A DNA stretch of 63,760 nucleotides, counting the filler. It is 8 parts of 8 records of this genome, joined end to end, with 100 filler letters (N's around TTAATTAATTAA, not from the genome) between each part and the next. Parts side by side here need not be neighbours in the genome. Positions count along the whole stretch, not along the records: positions 58,594 to 63,760 come from SRR31156797_43438; 7 more parts are not named here. The stretch is one strand, 5' to 3'. This document shows positions 60,573-63,760 of this stretch, one piece after another. A program made the translations under genes and the position numbers. The notes beneath the pieces are model-generated. The model was not told the DNA's origin and did no database searches. It saw only the letters and a program-made list of their open reading frames with translations. The first letter of the stretch is position 1; each line of letters begins with the position of its first letter.

Positions 60573-60641
60573 TTGCCCCTTGTCAAAAAAGATGGCGTGC
60601 AAAAAGCGCTCACGATCATATCCGTTTGGCCCGGAAACAAT

Positions 60642-61946
60642 CTAACCGCCGTCAACTGCCACCTTTTCCAGCATAGCTTTGACGGCCTCTAAAGTCTTGC
60701 CCGTAAAACACAGGTCCAGGGCGGCACCCAGCATCTCCGGCGAGAGCACCAGGTTCATCCTGGCCAGCACAGCCAGGGATGCGGTGGCCCAGTGAGGGCT
60801 CTTGATGCCCATGGTCCTGAAATCCATGGCCTGCACCCGGGCCCCGGTGGGCGGCAGCTCCACGCCGGGAACCGCAAGGATCAGGGCATCGGTTCCCAGC
60901 TTGGAAATAATGCCATGGCGCCGTCCTGCGCCTTCGTTGGACAGGGCGATGACCACCGAGGGGCTGACCGAGCCGCTGTAGTCGATAGGCTTCGGCGAAA
61001 GGGTCAGGTCGCTGATGGAAGGCCCCCTGAGTACTGTGACGTTATATTCGTTTTTCTGGGTGGCGAAGAGGCCTGCGCTGAGCCCGGCCAGAGCCAGAAG
61101 CTCACCCGCGGTGATGACGCGCTGTCCGGCTGCGCCCAAAATGCTCACCTCCTGACGCTTTTTCAAGGGCGGCGTGAATCTGCCTTCCACCTCCTGTGGC
61201 CGGGGCACCGGGGCCAGGGCTGACGCCTCTTGCCGGTAGGCCCGGAGGTATTCTTCCCGCCGGTTGACCTCCACCTCGCCGCAAACCTGCTCTTGGGCGG
61301 AGAGGTTCAGGGCGATGGACTGGGGTGTGATCCTGTTATGTTTGGTAAAGCGCCCCGGACAGATGCCGTGAATGTCAAGCACCGAAAAGCCTTTGTAAGC
61401 GATGGCCTCTTCCAGGATATGGGACAGGTCTTTTTGATAAGTGGAGCAGCGGCAGACGAAAGGAGCACCGGTGGCTTTGGCCAGGGTGGCAAGGTCCAGT
61501 GGCTTTTCAAGCCGGTTCAAAAAACCGGAGCCCACCCGGGCGCCCCGGGGTGTGGAGACCGAGTATTGGCCGCCGGTCATGCCGAAGTTATAGTTGTTTA
61601 AGACCAGCAGCGTCAGGTCCAGGTTGCGCCGGCAGGCCGCGATGACGTGCGCTCCGCCGATGCCCAGCCCGCCGTCGCCCATGGTTACCACCACGTTTAA
61701 TTGGGGCTGCACCATCTTGATGCCCGCAGCGTAGGTCAGGGCACGGCCGTGCACCCCGTGCATGGCGTGGGTGTGGAAGAATACGTCGAAAAAGCCCGAG
61801 CAGCCGATGTCGCTGACCATACAGATCCGGTTGCCTTCCAGACCCATGTTTGAAAAGGCCTTGTCCAGGGATCTGAGCACCTGGTCGTGGGAGCAGCCGG
61901 GACAGAAGATGGGAGGGCGCTGCTTGTTGAGGAGGGTATCAGTCAT
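60642..61946 (-). CDS. 2-oxoacid:ferredoxin oxidoreductase, fused beta-gamma subunit
   Basis: FCPGC, DIGCS, HGRA, GDG...IG...NN..GMTGGQ.S (TPP); C-terminal G.AGQ.V...G gamma domain. Confidence 0.88.
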   Translation of the reverse strand: MTDTLLNKQRPPIFCPGCSHDQVLRSLDKAFSNMGLEGNRICMVSDIGCSGFFDVFFHTHAMHGVHGRALTYAAGIKMVQPQLNVVVTMGDGGLGIGGAHVIAACRRNLDLTLLVLNNYNFGMTGGQYSVSTPRGARVGSGFLNRLEKPLDLATLAKATGAPFVCRCSTYQKDLSHILEEAIAYKGFSVLDIHGICPGRFTKHNRITPQSIALNLSAQEQVCGEVEVNRREEYLRAYRQEASALAPVPRPQEVEGRFTPPLKKRQEVSILGAAGQRVITAGELLALAGLSAGLFATQKNEYNVTVLRGPSISDLTLSPKPIDYSGSVSPSVVIALSNEGAGRRHGIISKLGTDALILAVPGVELPPTGARVQAMDFRTMGIKSPHWATASLAVLARMNLVLSPEMLGAALDLCFTGKTLEAVKAMLEKVAVDGG

Positions 61947-63057
61947 GGAGTGCCTCCTTGATTTCCGCCGGGGCGATGAGTTTGCCGTCCATCACACCGT
62001 AAAACCGAACCGGTTTGCCCTGTAGTACCCTTTTGACCTCGCGAACATATTGCCCCAGGTTGGCTTCCACCACCACCACCCGTGCATAATCCCGGGCTAC
62101 GCTTTCCAAAAGGCTCCGGGGCACCGGCCACAGGGTTTTGAGCACCAGGTGGGAGACCGGCTGGCCTTCATCAGCCAGTTCCCTGCAGGCCCGGCTTGCT
62201 GCTTGGCTGGTGACGCCGTAAGTGATCAGGAGGGTATTACTCCCTTTGGCCTCGTCGAGCCGGTGGAAGGAAAATTTATCCACCGCGCCTGACAGCTTGC
62301 GGTCCAGACGCTCCACCAGGGCCTGGATCTCTCCGGGCACCGGGGTTATGTACCCGTCCTCGCCATGCATGGAGGAGGTCTGACGGGAGATAATCTCGCC
62401 GCCGATGGGCGCAAAGTACGGCACCTCACTTCCGGGGGCCGGCCTGAAGGGCACATACGCCTCGTCCACCGGCTGCAGAGCACGCTCCACCAGGGGAGGA
62501 CGCTCCAGAGCGGCCGGGTCAACCGACTCCCGGGTCATGCCGATCTCCTTACTGGAGGCGACAAATACGGGACAACGGTAGATCTCGGCCAGGTTGAAGG
62601 CATGCATGGTCAGCGTGTAGCAGTCCGCCACGTCCATGGGCGAGAGCACGATGCCGCTGGCGCCGCCGGCGTTGCCCCAACGCAGAAACTGGATGTCGCC
62701 GTCAGCGCCCTTGGTGGCATAGCCGGTGCTGGGGCCAAGTCGCTGCACATCGATGATCACCACCGGAATTTCCGAGGCGATGGCAAAGGAAATATGTTCG
62801 CTGTAGAGGCTGATACCCGGCCCCGAGGTGGCAGTCATCACCTTTTGGCCCGCCATGGATGCCCCCAGACAATAGCCTAAGGAGGCGATCTCGTCTTCGC
62901 CCTGCACGACCATCCCTCCGTTCGGGGGGAGCAGCTTGAGCATGGTGTTATGGATGGTAGTAGCCGGGGTAATGGGATAACCTGCGAAAAAGCGGCACCC
63001 TGCGTCAAAGGCTCCCCATCCCACCGCTTCGTTGCCTTCCATCAAGCTTAGAGCCAT
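61939..63057 (-). CDS. 2-oxoacid:ferredoxin oxidoreductase alpha subunit
   Basis: GNEA, AGYPITPAT, EDEIAS, TATSGPG, QR.GPSTG. Confidence 0.92.
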   Translation of the reverse strand: MALSLMEGNEAVGWGAFDAGCRFFAGYPITPATTIHNTMLKLLPPNGGMVVQGEDEIASLGYCLGASMAGQKVMTATSGPGISLYSEHISFAIASEIPVVIIDVQRLGPSTGYATKGADGDIQFLRWGNAGGASGIVLSPMDVADCYTLTMHAFNLAEIYRCPVFVASSKEIGMTRESVDPAALERPPLVERALQPVDEAYVPFRPAPGSEVPYFAPIGGEIISRQTSSMHGEDGYITPVPGEIQALVERLDRKLSGAVDKFSFHRLDEAKGSNTLLITYGVTSQAASRACRELADEGQPVSHLVLKTLWPVPRSLLESVARDYARVVVVEANLGQYVREVKRVLQGKPVRFYGVMDGKLIAPAEIKEALHD

Positions 63058-63339
63058 GGTTCTTCCTCCATACCGTATTATGAGCCTAACAAGACCCGAC
63101 AAGCATTGTCAAATCGATTACTTTGTTTGTTTTACAATTATTATCAATGGGCCTACCCGTGACCGGGCGAAGCTGAACCCTGCCTGCTAACCCAATTCTC
63201 CCCATGTGACATTACCGTCAAGCTTTTTTTTGCCCGAAAGTCGGCTCCCGTAAATTTACGGACCTTGTTTTGACTTGACACAAAATGTCGAATCCCTTAC
63301 GGTTTACTCCAAAATCGGGTCTTGAAAGGTGCCGAGGAT

Positions 63340-63760
63340 GTGAAAACAATCGTTTCTTGTGTGGTTTTGTTGACCGTTTTTTTCAGCTTTCCCTTCGCAG
63401 GTCTTGCAACGCCTGATGTGGTGCCGGGGCGCACGCCGGAAAAGGGGAAAACACTTATGGTGGGCATCGACCCCATCCCGCCCTTTGCCTTACGCACTGA
63501 AGAAGGTCAATGGCATGGTATCAGTTGGGCCGTCTGGCACCTTGCGGCTTTACGTCTGGGTTGGCGCTATGAGATAAAACGAATGCCTTTGGAGCGGATT
63601 ATTCCCGCGCTCCTTTCAGGTGAAATCGATGTTGCGGCAACCGCTTACGGCATTACGGAAAAACGTGAGGAAAAAATTGACTTTTCGGTACCCTACTATT
63701 TCAGTTCCTTCGGGGTTGCAACCGCCAAGCCGAGGGGCATCCATGCGTGGATGGCCCTTT
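63340..63760 (+). CDS. Amino-acid-binding (SBP_bac_3) protein, possibly a GluR0-like ligand-gated channel; 3'-truncated, absent from the ORF track
   Basis: Manual translation from GTG: MKTIVSCVV...LMVGIDPIPPFA...GQWHGIS...GEIDVAA...ITEKREEKIDFSVPYY...WMAL; TTGACA-N17-TACGGT upstream (63275-63303). Confidence 0.75.
   Translation, partial: MKTIVSCVVLLTVFFSFPFAGLATPDVVPGRTPEKGKTLMVGIDPIPPFALRTEEGQWHGISWAVWHLAALRLGWRYEIKRMPLERIIPALLSGEIDVAATAYGITEKREEKIDFSVPYYFSSFGVATAKPRGIHAWMAL

Noticed and set aside
1-63760. CRISPR arrays, rRNA, tRNA, integrase or phage genes
   Set aside because: None recognised by eye; no regularly spaced direct repeats seen. A tRNA or small RNA could have been missed without a covariance search.

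Overview
This is not one locus. It is eight unrelated contigs joined by artificial 100-bp N-linkers containing TTAATTAATTAA, so it looks like a metagenome or MAG concatenation. (1) 1-9009: a GC-rich, alphaproteobacterium-like glycan-modification cluster with an O-methyltransferase, a radical SAM/SPASM protein, three tandem TPR + TIGR04372-type glycosyltransferases, a sugar N-formyltransferase, a WbuC cupin and a DegT aminotransferase. (2) 9110-16532: a Bacteroidota conjugative-element module (traJKLMN, coupling protein, DUF3945-like gene, candidate oriT). (3) 16633-28921: Desulfobacterota-like two-component genes, a DUF2318/MacB-type ABC metal operon, MOSC, Rrf2, asparaginase and HD-GYP regulators. 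(4) 29022-37148: AraC, a sulfatase, a DUF3302/HlyD/OMF cassette and a Tat-exported decarboxylase-like protein. (5) 37249-42852: a planctomycete-like contig with a discoidin-domain protein, pyrG and a kdsB carrying an in-frame REP/heptamer-repeat insertion. (6) 42953-51878: a TPAT/TRAP transporter, a porin, an FG-GAP protein, and a cobalamin riboswitch upstream of a divergent TrpD-like phosphoribosyltransferase, a small protein and a Zn-dehydrogenase. This is the best candidate for an undescribed system. (7) 51979-58493: a CZB/Cache chemoreceptor under a sigma54 promoter, an NtrC-type regulator and a hybrid kinase. (8) 58594-63760: an acyl-CoA ligase, a 2-oxoacid:ferredoxin oxidoreductase and the start of a GluR0-like or solute-binding gene. 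All calls come from motif recognition by eye; no searches were run, and taxonomic labels are inferences.
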